From assembly GCA_028279595.1 (NCBI GenBank), contig JANQNK010000004.1, positions 1 through 64,000 of the forward strand: a stretch of 64,000 nt of DNA. The letters are read 5' to 3'. The notes beneath the pieces are model-generated. The model was not told the origin of the DNA. It searched no databases and saw nothing but the letters and a program-made list of their open reading frames with translations. This document shows positions 40,601 to 44,444 of the stretch, one piece after another. The first letter of the stretch is position 1, and every line of letters starts with the position of its first letter. Source of the stretch: Thermoplasmatota archaeon. Its GTDB lineage: Archaea > Thermoplasmatota > JAKEGO01. The position numbers were made by a program, and so were the translations under genes.

Positions 40601-41285
40601 TCGATAGGATCGGAACTATCGTCTCTTCGAGCCAATCGGCCCGGCCCAGGACATCGTCCATCTCCGTCCGGTACGAGGTCAGAGAGGTCGAGAATGAAGC
40701 GTAGGCTTCATCCATCTGTGAGTCATTTCCACCGGCCATATCGCCAAGGAAATCGTCATAATCGTCGGAGATATCGATGAACTCCCCATAGGATGCCTCG
40801 AGCTTTTTGATGTCGAGTATCGTTGTTATCGTGTGGGCCTTCACGTATTCGAGGTACGACCCTCCCTCCTCGCTCTCGATGCCGAGCGCCACGGCCGCCT
40901 CGTTGCTGACATCCGTTATCTCTAGGGTCTGGGAACCGCAGAATGAACAGTTATCGTCCTCCTCCTCCTCGGGTTCCTCCTCTGTCGGATCGATTATCTC
41001 CCTGTAAAGGTTCTGGAGATCGAGGGTAAGGTTGTTCAGGTTCTCCTGCACGGCCATGAACGATCCGTAGAACTCTGCTGATTCGTTCAGGTAACCGGTC
41101 CTTGTTTCATTTCCCTCGTCCTGTGCGATCGGTACTGCGGCAGCGGCACCGCTGTCTCTCTTCCCATCGTCGGCGAATGCCAGGGCCTGAAGGTAGGCTC
41201 CGGCGAAGGTCGACGAAAGCAGTAGCACGACAAGGGCTACGCTGACGAACATTCCTCTCTTTCCAACACTAAATCTCCATCTCAT
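16641..41285 (-). CDS. Giant (~8,200 aa) membrane-anchored multidomain surface glycoprotein: transglutaminase-like, GATase-like, Ig/MG2-like, CUB, F5/8-type C, FG-GAP, CARDB, PGF-pre-PGF-like
   Basis: One uninterrupted ORF; signal peptide; many NxS/T sequons; motifs detailed in the findings; TM helix at 17272-17334 followed by a Lys-rich then acidic tail. Start chosen at ATG 41285 (GGAGA upstream); the track starts at TTG 41312. Confidence 0.92.
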   Translation of the reverse strand: MRWRFSVGKRGMFVSVALVVLLLSSTFAGAYLQALAFADDGKRDSGAAAAVPIAQDEGNETRTGYLNESAEFYGSFMAVQENLNNLTLDLQNLYREIIDPTEEEPEEEEDDNCSFCGSQTLEITDVSNEAAVALGIESEEGGSYLEYVKAHTITTILDIKKLEASYGEFIDISDDYDDFLGDMAGGNDSQMDEAYASFSTSLTSYRTEMDDVLGRADWLEETIVPILSRPEDISEVAVLRSIRNYQAEIQDVLDVVYEATVADPDSGVDLDPLSHFTIELDGGDQPVMDTSALPVSTTAADLNETKDAWSSESVYQKANSMDVEKLFWWVLEGVAYEPYLGSLKGADQTLMQRSGNDVDQASLLIAMLRERDVASRYVFGTVRAPWADVADWLRTDTQENATAILRSCGIPADMMGSDIIFEHHWVAAWVDGEWVEMDPSWNFEDLEAINGTFVSDGTTYVSGAANFSAYEEPDVSNRTAFPTGLNYTVTARADNYAEVPTALRHTITVTLKDNGTSVVGYSGFAGRMATFPMHIRYEPTSTGQDLIDEMGRDAPPFLIGYTPALEMNARTIDTSSMVLHGGDTLDLTITFTAPWGEDTTNSVSVAGADSVVSFDVGKMNGRTLNFRLENHGDVENASLSDATDAYLEMAATMLHVWVAESYDTEAADLLGWWWRPGPSAVIANSGGYFGFGAPLVFAPLYSLDLLRDPVQASFRPEQRDPVTADYLFTLNSGEYSSYIESMVGAIIFNETRAVSYEDLLGIASQVGIAVIHITPDNYEEVLANVTLPSQVLERIMDAIDLGYEVDIIAAGIIVDGVLYYAFRIVDPETGAVANIVLSTQYQHAIWFIKVIKDLWALAGDIKDWIVEQWKVIKPIAKQLGIKAVSIIKNLYYKAKAKVQEVLNNFRKLWRGEREGLEWFRNTIEGALDFAAEILGPIGDVLGIPLDLIPKIAKAIIQVWRFVECVLGSAATALNVATYIWCCIRLFLTIVFDWACGEIIGLIADATLGNIMVTGVTGLTVGIGAATAPLIYRITFYAARWLGNKLICPQVGKLIDYIADKGRKCEVKPRAKIRAVKVSGGENNEPCVYDINMEVYNLGTVPSKGIEVSLKEDGGVVFTAIIEKLDPAEYVDTDVWKGTHRVTIPAGETKNYEMKVVDKYGCIFQRTTDDSKRPKHTVRMKIKCDECKDPNPETGQCCDELEGDNKKCCINPDDKKCRRDKCSHIQDYKERWCCEDPYQPNCDPCKDPKDCPPYNPDDVFVLGSNVVNVTSTDAPESEIGIVDKGFPNEMMTLINSTGRDARFVDLGTITINELNELKVLVVPSGGLYDLTDPSGGSDIVRLKLELFLENGGNILAMTQQYGYEWAGLPGGLDGYGYQEDQNCLLGSVYIENYNPVFSPMSQVKAPNSKGEVYLDLNIDGFFMDWPTNATVLLTRAANKMPAMVMYPYGNGYIMATTMYPDFAMVFGSGTSDEIEILDAMLSYLMVPEPSSVETIEPETPIPLEMNSTGMEAEYAIIIGPNGTVVDCVKAVGGSFNDLAGYDDHGVYRVDYIGADNGFHNITVVNDVDAFALSDFNESLKKVIPEGVDFWVVFDKNYYYVTGSYGSPDDDGGEPGFVTFFINNHEDTWFNGSVKFGVWGRGHVLWWGYGGAANGWYHKVNVNIAPNSYGEYTERFATSQWDFRTVSYLYTGSDWSGDQIAFIERRYGVLKGQASIINIITNLDDYAPNETINVSMSVYNPNANELSYTIYLDILDGLQQTTYSSATTYITVPAHSTEIKYYDMTAPMQFGQYMVRARLFSGSRQQTLDRKFIEVGPKLLVRKVDLPDPIVPNTNNTFTVYISNDSPLPATGAKLSVKLFDPYDVELAMVNSSFGIPAYGEISKEINITVPEPVFGTYYLAYEVLWDVRSLTGRVDLPNRYALTVDLDKPSYRIREDLGYTLNITDSGVWQQNLDIVISIPETGDSDAYNVLLDSGDGSTQSAVFALPTYLMAGAHLINVTVTQNETAYHEFQFTIPSSQLELHLANLSFSIEDTLDVMLRNDGGVDTNYTFSLDIFDPHYQRFTRMEENGSIMADENITFGYDIFDQALSGEYFTLINAKDTETGDLIQITATLVIDGLEAHMTVAANDTVYYVADGVEIMVNVTNIGKAIENGTLLVQAFSSDLSEMEGESPWYSTNLRYRMPLKINTSGENRTDAEVRLMVNFTEVFADMGIFDRALDEDSIIVVEYSADNTIKWVVESEVKAGVPLASDLFHNTYSPKPKFLYLVGSRTDYNLAARTTGYYQSVKRVQYNDAEASTIIEDLDDYDIVIMDGIQATSEFDIGNQDTQDTIVDYVTEGGVFIFMCPTISMDVFGVHHVSGWRNDNVVLVDDDHPLADISGGQSYNGWSYSETNGYWTNWESDDFDPIYVDSADTDEFGVTLERFIGDGTLILEAQEVGYPYNTQGTWKARNMFRYATQFGHYLDRAYDAENNALVQITWTMNGTTNDTASRFYSVYFNSRTGDDLPMDPVIEAPEGFYNVRVLDEYVNASEEVQVSFGFWNETNNTLYSIMYSFDSNGTMGDGNWTQAEVIEAATETPTTAGWSKGYYWQYTYGLKPVAGYAGTYDTDNSGYASYNNYLPDDDFYDNEILFFDGYRYNNYVDSVIDGAASGHMVVTDHYTFEEVLRRVTYAGIKSFVSHSTTSHFIYHGGGIIVDGDHDDDGYLGYDWDDYSAVQQEDLGAHFKALYDDAFIFKAILPPAGMTTTTYFYIVTQDTINDTWENSTVQSYFVDGEGPAIDDILTYPTTPLLDTMDPIDVTASLSDDTGVQSVSLHFTYDGDDVWTGEKVMEDMAGAGVDQYVYGVESTHPYDSNVDDWYTITETGVGAIRVHFTKIELEQGLDKVRIYDGSENLIQTITGRHEDLWTDWVDDDVLLIRFTSDTGISGYGFHADVYETDDSWGAFMAYDEEYEDHLNSGDHYIGDSRASNVAYVNVYVDDPEDIVRATLTISTGGIDHDTDGVWFNEPNRTAGNVLGTLEVGSTSNVFEVPFDTILDGTNTIAIVAGTLNGLDPEGNSFMWNEDLDIYDVTLRVWYANVPYNATEVAYYVTAIDLAGNTAMSPTYTAYLDTPAWIGDPVPDPFYPTGDDDVTVSVPITDSQGIEEAVLIYGVQSSPWNIATTEMGATITANDYYSSQFAPEEAIDGLGEDGSTQQNYWLTSNYYSGAYLELEFDRTYLVDTVNLLNTRNAGYWDRSTGNFRLSVSLDGVEFDVVHSGTLVEDDIVNWYTANLNPVAARYMRFHVDSYFGAGGGLAEIEVYAAYNWSYGIMDNTGDIYSAEIPATGNTTWVYYYIIVNDTLGHQTTSIGNYYVTDDTPPDIWTISSIPTVPSANMPIDVSAFASDNLGLDGYTLHYGYDGVNYTEVEFEPRSDTTDIDEDGEPEIVLGTYYGNYIINKTWGIEHNPDGGYLYTRGSAYAIADTDMDGVPNLISANSDTDGTFAQVYQWNGSGYDLQTTLGDEVDHSYDTSVFTIDVGDIDGNGIPDIVIPAYYDRIYVYEWAGYDYQLKYMFRTSIYPRDMELVNIDDDPAEEIIIGRDWYRFEVYDLVEGVLELVWYSDDIDFQYMEIGDLDGDGLNEIIVGTYRQLHIYEIGMDGIELEYQSGDLGYYIYVSDVWDYDGDGRNEVAVYGYEDWYVPPSGPTVYFFNTTVYEFYDESDYEDELIVVDDIISYRTSSFHSLRVPHWGDFDSDGEVEVVYADNNYNWLHVYNFTGNGTPEETNYFYTTGHSYQSITSSGVPRDLIARIPGASGGTLYYYIEVEDLAGNVNTTEVFTVDIDLSAPSIDDHTEYGTDRNAYDYIPIEADISGGDVLGAYLVHNATGTETRVRMYENVNENGSVLHYADCGLVDEEYLVQGDPVSLWKALWPHTTKAERTVRSHDSQVIYRFPVDPDDHYVVEVTYLQNAGEERTQRLLSGSYVVHGPISLPEYKPNNYRLPVPMDSYSDGNMTLVFESLTGINAVVSEITVIEYMTEPTVNYRAYIPPSYDEIDVEYYVETADMAMNTARSPMSSYTTYFANRPPVITDIIETPSGNDIVISAEITDSDGVNGATLFSSTDMETWTSAAMTSSVDTWSATIDTVTVDDRVYYYIEATDGDGLINKTPIFRTNLPVVALVVDHPAALSQGEHAAVFLLSENNFRVELIDDDSADVTNLSAYEIIVVVNSWDLDGDDIDTLIDDHGVSVVLLWYGAYSLGSSGSYSSYGYLYGSSDEAFMEPYHGSRVTVQTFQDVNLYCLYWYNTYPSGWTPLDQQGAYWFSGYRENMTSGGRGAIYPYVPHRLTSEGEAVFSSVMTWAANEDVVRREIPAGNAVLVIQSEHEEIPYLTEREAQTASMLEDHGYTVTYVSDHEVGIYDMSNAALIVMTEWAVDDHVGSLMVQDWIDSGLKVLLLSYGGRNIGGTWSYGTSTSYYNSVIIDSTGYLSDYDSYTFTTLTDTRYDFIYADIPANWTVASYSNTANYYGMLYQENGTSGGKGAVFVFDPRYLADDGQWLFNLTIDYLEDVSQPTIQIDSGKVAFIISSYDYQAPSLTSREMEVRDLLNRYGFDIQYISAKEARRGDYSNAEFVVMAEYNTWNYIRSSFIHGLIDDGVSIGLFAYAAQGMGGSWSWSTDYRMRQFFGENDTAFASGLKDLSFYTTLTTNTPYIYANYPAGWTYIGRNVYSVDHKTAFIRENMTSGGRGAILTYDVFDLNTYGRHLYRRTFDYLANNSWPEDAVEHGTAVLVVEDITSRDPTLTSRERAVDTLLKDNGYDVTYLSHIELRNVDLTNALLVAVPHRYGGLSPDGTYYNQMIDSGVNLLLMYNSGESYGGSWGASTTGNYLNAGVMSDTAFLEGFHSFSMTMQSGGYAYRLSNDPPYGWTTIARNLYSGERHTMFYNESSVSDGRGAMITYDPLYFTIEGKEVFRQATAWLARHPAPAYTVPSGNALILTANADPSIMNNREVTAGDMLEDRGYTISYYGQYLAEFIDYSNVSMVVMAGYNSWKILGNEWAIGLIDSGTPLLMLADAATTISTSGWGWSTTANYLRLVTESATGFLEDYGGYNFQVQTGGAWRFSSSSIPSGWTWIGRNAYSGERKTAIIHDNTTIGSRGVILTFDPYYYNYAGRLLFNRTIDWIEHKETPYHTFSSDVVIATVSEDYLTPTLSSNEANVRDRLIAAGYTVDYISHKEIKRADFSGVRAVFATGYSSYYPVGKTFMDGIVDNGVGLGLIYNGGYLISTSSWGSSSTGNYLRLVTESTTGFMEEYGGFNSHMMYAGTAYRVSNPSWVGWSVIGRNAYSGERKTCLIRDTGSGSAVGAVFTYDPRYLTVQGNDTFDRLVAYVMEEPVDKVRFSSGAAVLIIVSDDDETPTLSARESAVDGYLDDLGYTVEYISRHSARNAIYDNASIVVMPSYSGDYSHGSAFFNGLIDDAIPVLLLGPAGYTYGGSWSGSTTTQYLNLYVEDNSNVLSDYTVGSVHTVQSPATAYRISNPALAGWTVRGRNNYSPERKTVLTRENATTGGRGVMFTYDPQYYYSVGRNIFNDSVVWAINGTMPVADLQVDFVSKSAAVYMGDIYINATVTNYGDTLWRPTTFHTAFYENGNLIGVTRESVPDGGDSIVTTLIWRDINTGHNIKVVADIAGTVDESNETNNEHTSFTNIFRPDLTVTDIWWDTVPNSGRTMDVNVSVYNDGNDCYESFYVDLHADGYPIARQTVTSIMSAETLNLTFPWHTMGDSTTLTVTVDPTGRVNEDNETNNSRTEAIYVSGVDLEIFAVGYTPATDDGERVDFTVRVENSGDVACGAFYVGMLMDGVHIESKRVNGLNGTTWEDVLFTWLARAGHLNLTFVADHGDDIREDDETNNEWDETHSAVTIPDLTINDVWYDVRTYHNLDGITFEVDVQNTGGDTLHQIQLGLYVDGVLDSLVNVTGTEDGYEVTVPIMWWSRTGNHTVTIVVDPHDICDESDENDNDWSQAFHVIGPDLIVTDLTWYPTPFIDGDYYQLNATVYNAGGWDAEVPFTVDFQINGSSIGADSIDMLGSRGSAVATFTWRATPGIWDFTAETDSTDTIAEYHEDNNDRTETMPEVFASNLIVSDLSYSYLVDSDPVGTLSDGDVLIFNATIENTGASVHRDFVVRFYRDGTLLTEYDNGVNSDGFTINGLNETDTYYVEFMYIVRQGLENYTVTVDADSQVEETNENDNDHTIQPTIAERDYNGTRIPVMYGSSINVSIEVLGYINSGSDCQSWIISPLSRVTGWYIYDASSWGERKMSYIADSEGNWSVGLWYQYERWDYVIRINVTDPNGTEITYTHAGWAGSWFTNTVNYYLYVNGTADLFTYDSVITAQEGDVVEIEVTTKSYSYHSYDGFAKLRYSESDPGVWDSVWAVAGWYSQVQHFGQRTITYVLESNGTYCLDMYYSHFYWTYEVTILINGVEAASHSGTAGSSTSSHRHYFINVTDTGYDRYTYDEIVDVPAGSRLRVNLTTITSTDPTYDGHLRIYDGDGTVQRSYLADSRAWDPERVLEVDLNTNGSWYIYVHFDRYAWNYRLDVEIVLPNGTVQHYSHEGYSGTQVHTRYYYFNVTNATGEFGNGDTISAVEGSLLSVEVVSEFWSYDWTYAYFYLYDEIGGIVNQKGEYPINYGTRTFKWYFDEPGTWRIRMSYGNTYWNYKIIVTVLDPGTGMEATYIDQSCTGSAVGERNYYIDVAPEPTVKTFTGQTQPKYTAILYGVNPLWNATFGVNITELEAQQFLMYPNASDMGATGKLYLLTSLLNVYGQVISQNVTSIYITNSSVYLTLDLNKKAYKVGETIYINATLFNDGNETENMTVMIYDGETLLTEETLDLDAYTTYVVQAETGAAVTTDITGIVIINPPPGPLDAGDGSAQNSSVTEHVPVLEPSVDVSITAPDEVGLAPFNMTVLVENTGTVDADITVRITEDHVVTVPVGETSTVKETLTITEDTWFTVNVTGDVEDEFYVLVEMVESNEISVEPEVVYSAGSVEVWYYVNNTGDIDSTFDIVFEAVDVDGWSTADSATEQVTVNSGGSVSDNTVWNLTVGHYLMNWTSLFGSGSEDLFVADENTAELELEIEVTEGELNASVIVLNIGSNEIVGDLSMVTDFYTEERSVNVPLWGELQEDFILDISALDPETYNLSIILSVGGQEIVVIDTNMTIPTAEFEAQVTSPLVATLGTNYTAAILVINVGKIAGTDNLELSIPGIHADLEPFDLDPQESTTVYFTVPIPDDLEGRDYDMYYSIGTATWESTLAVEGISFEVNASTDSPIYQSGESALLTIEVINTTAKSLDVNLTGMYVKATFDGVEYIDHFDLGKKQTTEFLLPLEDVGEKKVFFGVYMDTGRALYLSSLYVSVMSAIISIYPEEQVYEPGETMRMQVVANRTGDLNVTGPDGETVDAYIDGPGVLEYTVPELAAGTYQMRYTFDSIPGMFSFEIDGLYAKIDEIEMDKAAYELNDTVTLDIAIDSRDEFTGYLNFWIYDSRDEPITTSENDILVHEDMNFFTISIPINGVEPGVYTMNYGLYWAEGEEYLRLDQGVETFDVEGVIILGIGTDKDVYMLGDTVTVTATTFGTVNTTMRLLLNGILEDEQDLDEEAETEFEFLIPASPRGSYNVTMELIGPTSMTRTYGYTVIDHVPMLLDPAVTPVTGTTEDTYNFTVVYADEDDDPTSDMTLEVDGVRYPMFEGGPIGNGTLYYRSFDDLPADRHSFWMFCSDGLNHVFTDNVTGPEVKGLAPPVLTNGTASSSWNFVGETFDLSVVYTDIDNDRPDHVTLLLNGVGFLMFREELDNRYKDGVVYTAGISMEPGTYLYNFSASDGITEVYLDGGNLTVINEIKTYDNAGIHLVIAYSGIGDVGIGLLEEEPDMPETLRDVGVFVNISAPAAMEMVWAYFEIPYDESNIPKGKDEADLTLYYYDGEEWVTPEVWGINTEENYMWANVTHFTVFAPAFYVEPVSGEKDKEDDGAGAAIALLLILIVVAVLLIIVLFKKGILPPGAAKKKKEAEKKKGKKPAAKGKKEEVKEGETEEKDKEEGDEEKEGEDKEGEDKEEKDGEEKEDEPSDDDKPSEETPDEDKPSEDVADTPSEDTPVDGPPDDTPPEESAEDELYEETTKDDPAEEPPTAADEPPTEPPAEEPLAATDDPAPEPSSEESPADEPPMDEPSESPVDDAPAEEASDDSGPDDYDKMMEDLDKAMGD
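22650..24590 (-). repeat. Six tandem CARDB-like domains within the giant protein
   Basis: Each starts with a (P/A/V)DL.v or SNL.v motif and ends D....i.E..E.N/DN. Confidence 0.85.
24600..28850 (-). repeat. Seven ~205-aa alpha/beta (class I GATase-like) repeats within the giant protein
   Basis: A GxGAvlTYDP-type motif recurs at about 615-bp spacing (~28350, 27740, 27130, 26510, 25895, 25280, 24665). Confidence 0.8.
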
Positions 41286-41585
41286 GGTTTCATCTCCGAT
41301 CCTCGCACCCAAGGATTAGCCCCCACGGCGCCCATCCACGGTCCCCTGGATAGCGACCGTACGGTAACGGATGCAGGGATAATAAGATTAACCCTCGTAA
41401 TTGACCTACTGGATTGTCAAATTTTGCACAACTAATTAATATCGAAATCCATGTCAAATCTAGCCCGATCTTACCATTGTTCCAATGATAAAGGTCAGGT
41501 CGAGAATAAACGAAACGATGTAAAAGAATGTTCAAAAAGGTAATATATCAATTACCGCGAAGAGGAATGTAGAGAAGGGATCGAC

Positions 41586-42506
41586 GTGGTGGTTTGTGTA
41601 AAACGTATGTTAGCCAGCGGTGGCTTTGTCGGCGCGATCGTACTTGTGGTCGTGTTGATATTGCTCATGACATCTGAACAGGCGAGCGGGCAGACGATGA
41701 ACGAGATAATCATCAGGATTACCGAGACCAGTGGTGAGGTGGATGTCGAGCCGGGGAATCCCACCAACGGTATGTTCTACATGAACGGAACGGTCCGGAT
41801 CAAGAATCAAACAGACCCCCACATTGTTGTTACACAGACCATCTCTGCTGGCGGGTGGCCTTCGAACATTCATCCCGGTGGATTCGACTTCTGGGCTCAT
41901 GAGAGAGAGAACCGTGTCAAGCCATTCGCTGTCAGGATCAGAGCTCCAATCGGATATTCGACGAAGGTCTCTCAAAACGTCATTCTAGGGGGTTCATGGC
42001 AGGGTTCGGAAGGATTGGTGGGAGATCTCGACCAGAAGAGTTTCATCATCTTCGTCAAGCAATACTTCGCAGCTATGATCGAAGCGCCCGAACTTCACCT
42101 GACCGATGGTGGAAAACAGGTGTCAATCCCGATCTCATTATGGAATACCGGAAACGGTGTTGATGAGTTCTCTTTCAGGATCGAGAACCGGAGGTTCCTC
42201 GAAAAGAAGGGATGGACGATAGGTAGGACCGAACCTGTGGTCATCGAGGAGAAGATGAATACCAATTTCAAGATCAATGCACGAGCTCCAGAGGAGGCGG
42301 GTACGTACGAGTTCGTCTTTAACGTGACGTCTCTGGGATCGATCGAGAGGGGTGACAATTACACAAGATATTTTCTGAAGGTGTTCCACGTCAAGGTAGA
42401 GGTCGACAAGACATTGGAGATCTCATTGATGCTTATCGGAGGTTCCGCTGCAGTAACGACTGCGGTATTCTGGAGATGGAGGAAAGGGAGTTGGTCCTAT
42501 GCGTAG
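41586..42506 (+). CDS. Secreted two-Ig-domain protein with C-terminal TM (choice-of-anchor T-like)
   Basis: Signal peptide; VDVEPGNP, NTGNGVDEF; C-terminal hydrophobic helix + WRWRK; clear paralog of the next gene. Confidence 0.7.
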   Translation: MVVCVKRMLASGGFVGAIVLVVVLILLMTSEQASGQTMNEIIIRITETSGEVDVEPGNPTNGMFYMNGTVRIKNQTDPHIVVTQTISAGGWPSNIHPGGFDFWAHERENRVKPFAVRIRAPIGYSTKVSQNVILGGSWQGSEGLVGDLDQKSFIIFVKQYFAAMIEAPELHLTDGGKQVSIPISLWNTGNGVDEFSFRIENRRFLEKKGWTIGRTEPVVIEEKMNTNFKINARAPEEAGTYEFVFNVTSLGSIERGDNYTRYFLKVFHVKVEVDKTLEISLMLIGGSAAVTTAVFWRWRKGSWSYA

Positions 42507-42688
42507 GTTATTAACAGTTTTTTAAAAATACATTCATTGTTGGTCATAGTAGGATCCTGTTGTTTCATCGGCTGGACCAATATCGGTAGGAAGCGGAGTG
42601 GGTGATCGAGGGCTGCGCCAACGGGAGAACGGCGCAGCCCTTCGATAGGTTTAAGATGAGATAGATTCTTGAATATTGGGGACCAGAC

Positions 42689-43633
42689 ATGAACCGACGC
42701 GACTTGAGGGTGTTCGCCCTGATTCTATTCGTAATAATATTCAGTCTATCGATGATGTTTTTCATACAGCCAGCGGAGGGACAGACCATCATCCCTGTTG
42801 TTAATGCACAATTCGATGATTCCTCGAAGACAGCGGACGTCGAGCCGGGAAATCCTTCCGGCGGTATTGTCAAGAACACCGGAACGATCCATTGCGATTG
42901 TGGCAGTCAGCCACAGGTGGATGTCAGCCTGACCATTTCGGCCGGAGGATGGGGTGCTGCGATAACTCCCAGCAGCATGACCTTCGTCTGGGGAGGTGAA
43001 GAAGAAAAGCCGTTCTCGGTGACGATAGCCGCACCGGAGGGCACGAGCCACAAGGTCGCCCAGAATGTCATTGTCGGGGGTTCATGGACCGGCTCTCTAG
43101 GATTGGTAGGTGACGTTGACGAAACCAGCATGATCGTTTTCGTCGAGCAGTACTTCGATTTAGTACTGGAGCTTGATGAGCCGGAATCCATCGCGCCAGG
43201 TGGAGGCGGAAACATATCATTCCAAATATTCAACCTGGGCAACGACGAGGACGATTTCATCGTTGATGTGGACAATCTGGCAGACCTCGCCCGGGACGGG
43301 TGGTCAATCCCGACCATTGGAAAACTGACCATAGAGGAAAAAGGAGCCCGGAGGATCAGTATCTATGTAAGTGCCCCCGATGAAGAGGACACATACCATT
43401 TCGAGATCACTGTGACCTCGGAGAAATCGCGGCTTGCGAATCCGGATGACGAGAGATCAGCCTCGCTCGATGTATTCGTCGAGGTCAAGAAGGGGGGGTC
43501 AGGTTCTGGAGGCGGGGGCGGTGGATCGAGTGACGACGACGATGGACTGCCTTTCCTTTCGCCATTCGAATTGATGGCAATGGTATGTGTTGTCTCGTTG
43601 GCCCATCGTCATCAAAGAAGAAGATCATCATAA
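42689..43633 (+). CDS. Secreted two-Ig-domain protein (choice-of-anchor T-like) with PGF-CTERM-like sorting signal
   Basis: ADVEPGNP, NLGNDEDDF; Gly/Asp linker, then LPF + hydrophobic stretch + RHQRRR. Confidence 0.72.
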   Translation: MNRRDLRVFALILFVIIFSLSMMFFIQPAEGQTIIPVVNAQFDDSSKTADVEPGNPSGGIVKNTGTIHCDCGSQPQVDVSLTISAGGWGAAITPSSMTFVWGGEEEKPFSVTIAAPEGTSHKVAQNVIVGGSWTGSLGLVGDVDETSMIVFVEQYFDLVLELDEPESIAPGGGGNISFQIFNLGNDEDDFIVDVDNLADLARDGWSIPTIGKLTIEEKGARRISIYVSAPDEEDTYHFEITVTSEKSRLANPDDERSASLDVFVEVKKGGSGSGGGGGGSSDDDDGLPFLSPFELMAMVCVVSLAHRHQRRRSS

Positions 43634-44437
43634 CTCGAACTCGGCGAATCCGTCGAAAATGGTGTGCGCCATTATCCCCTCATCAGTGTCTATAACGACA
43701 GCATGAAGTCTATCGGGACGCATGCCAGCGTTCACGGAGATCGTCCTACCGGTCTTCGTGAACCATTTCTCGGAGATGTAGGGCGCGTCGTGGATGTGTC
43801 CGTGCAATGTTATCGGAGGCTGTACCAGCCGTATGAAGTCCCGTATAGCCATGCTGCCTATGTGTCCACGGTCCGACATATCGCAATGCGTCCCGTACGG
43901 AGGGGCGTGGAAAAGGAATAACGTGTTAGGTGCATCGATCCTGTCGATCACACCGGCGAGGTCCTTCTCGATCGTGTCCGACCTGTCCGTCGGATCGAAC
44001 CTGATGTTCTTCCGCTCCGGGAACGAGACTACGCCCTCGAGGCGGTCCCATGGATTGGTCCTTGTCTCGTTGTCGAACTTCTCCCAGTCCTTGACGTCGA
44101 AGGGTGTGATGTCGACATGGGCGTAGCCGAAGACGTTGTGACCGAATAGGTCGACGTGCTGCATGTGAACATGCTCGATGTACTGTGAATCGTGGAGGAG
44201 ATGTTCGAACTCCCTCCTATCGTTGTTGCCCATCACCGCAAGGACCGGCACCCCTAGATCTTCAAGCCACGGTTCCATGAAACCTTTGAAGAACGCGTCC
44301 TGGTCCGTTGACCATCCGGCCGGGAACATGTCCCCGCCGATGAGTACGGCGTCCGCAGACTCGTCCCTAGCAAGTTCGCCGAGCTGTCCGTAGAGGTCTG
44401 CTATCCCGTGGAGGTCGGATGTGAATACGGCCCTCAT
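43628..44437 (-). CDS. Metallophosphoesterase (calcineurin-like, Icc-related)
   Basis: SDLHG, GGD, GNND, HAPP, HGHIH. Confidence 0.9.
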   Translation of the reverse strand: MRAVFTSDLHGIADLYGQLGELARDESADAVLIGGDMFPAGWSTDQDAFFKGFMEPWLEDLGVPVLAVMGNNDRREFEHLLHDSQYIEHVHMQHVDLFGHNVFGYAHVDITPFDVKDWEKFDNETRTNPWDRLEGVVSFPERKNIRFDPTDRSDTIEKDLAGVIDRIDAPNTLFLFHAPPYGTHCDMSDRGHIGSMAIRDFIRLVQPPITLHGHIHDAPYISEKWFTKTGRTISVNAGMRPDRLHAVVIDTDEGIMAHTIFDGFAEFEL

Positions 44438-44444
44438 CTGTTCG

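Noticed and set aside
16571-41007. Many long plus-strand ORFs opposite the giant gene (for example 34524-36206, 32586-33899, 24060-25136)
   Set aside because: Antisense shadows expected from GC-rich codon bias; Val/Arg/Asp-rich with no motifs.
3953-41285. Diversity-generating retroelement acting on the surface proteins
   Set aside because: No reverse transcriptase and no near-identical template/variable repeat pair differing at adenines was seen by eye.
42605-42646. Hairpin as a SECIS element
   Set aside because: No in-frame UGA selenoprotein candidate nearby.
14236-43633. A second integrative element at tRNA-Pro containing the giant gene
   Set aside because: No integrase or duplicated tRNA-Pro 3' end found, and the giant gene's codon style looks host-like.
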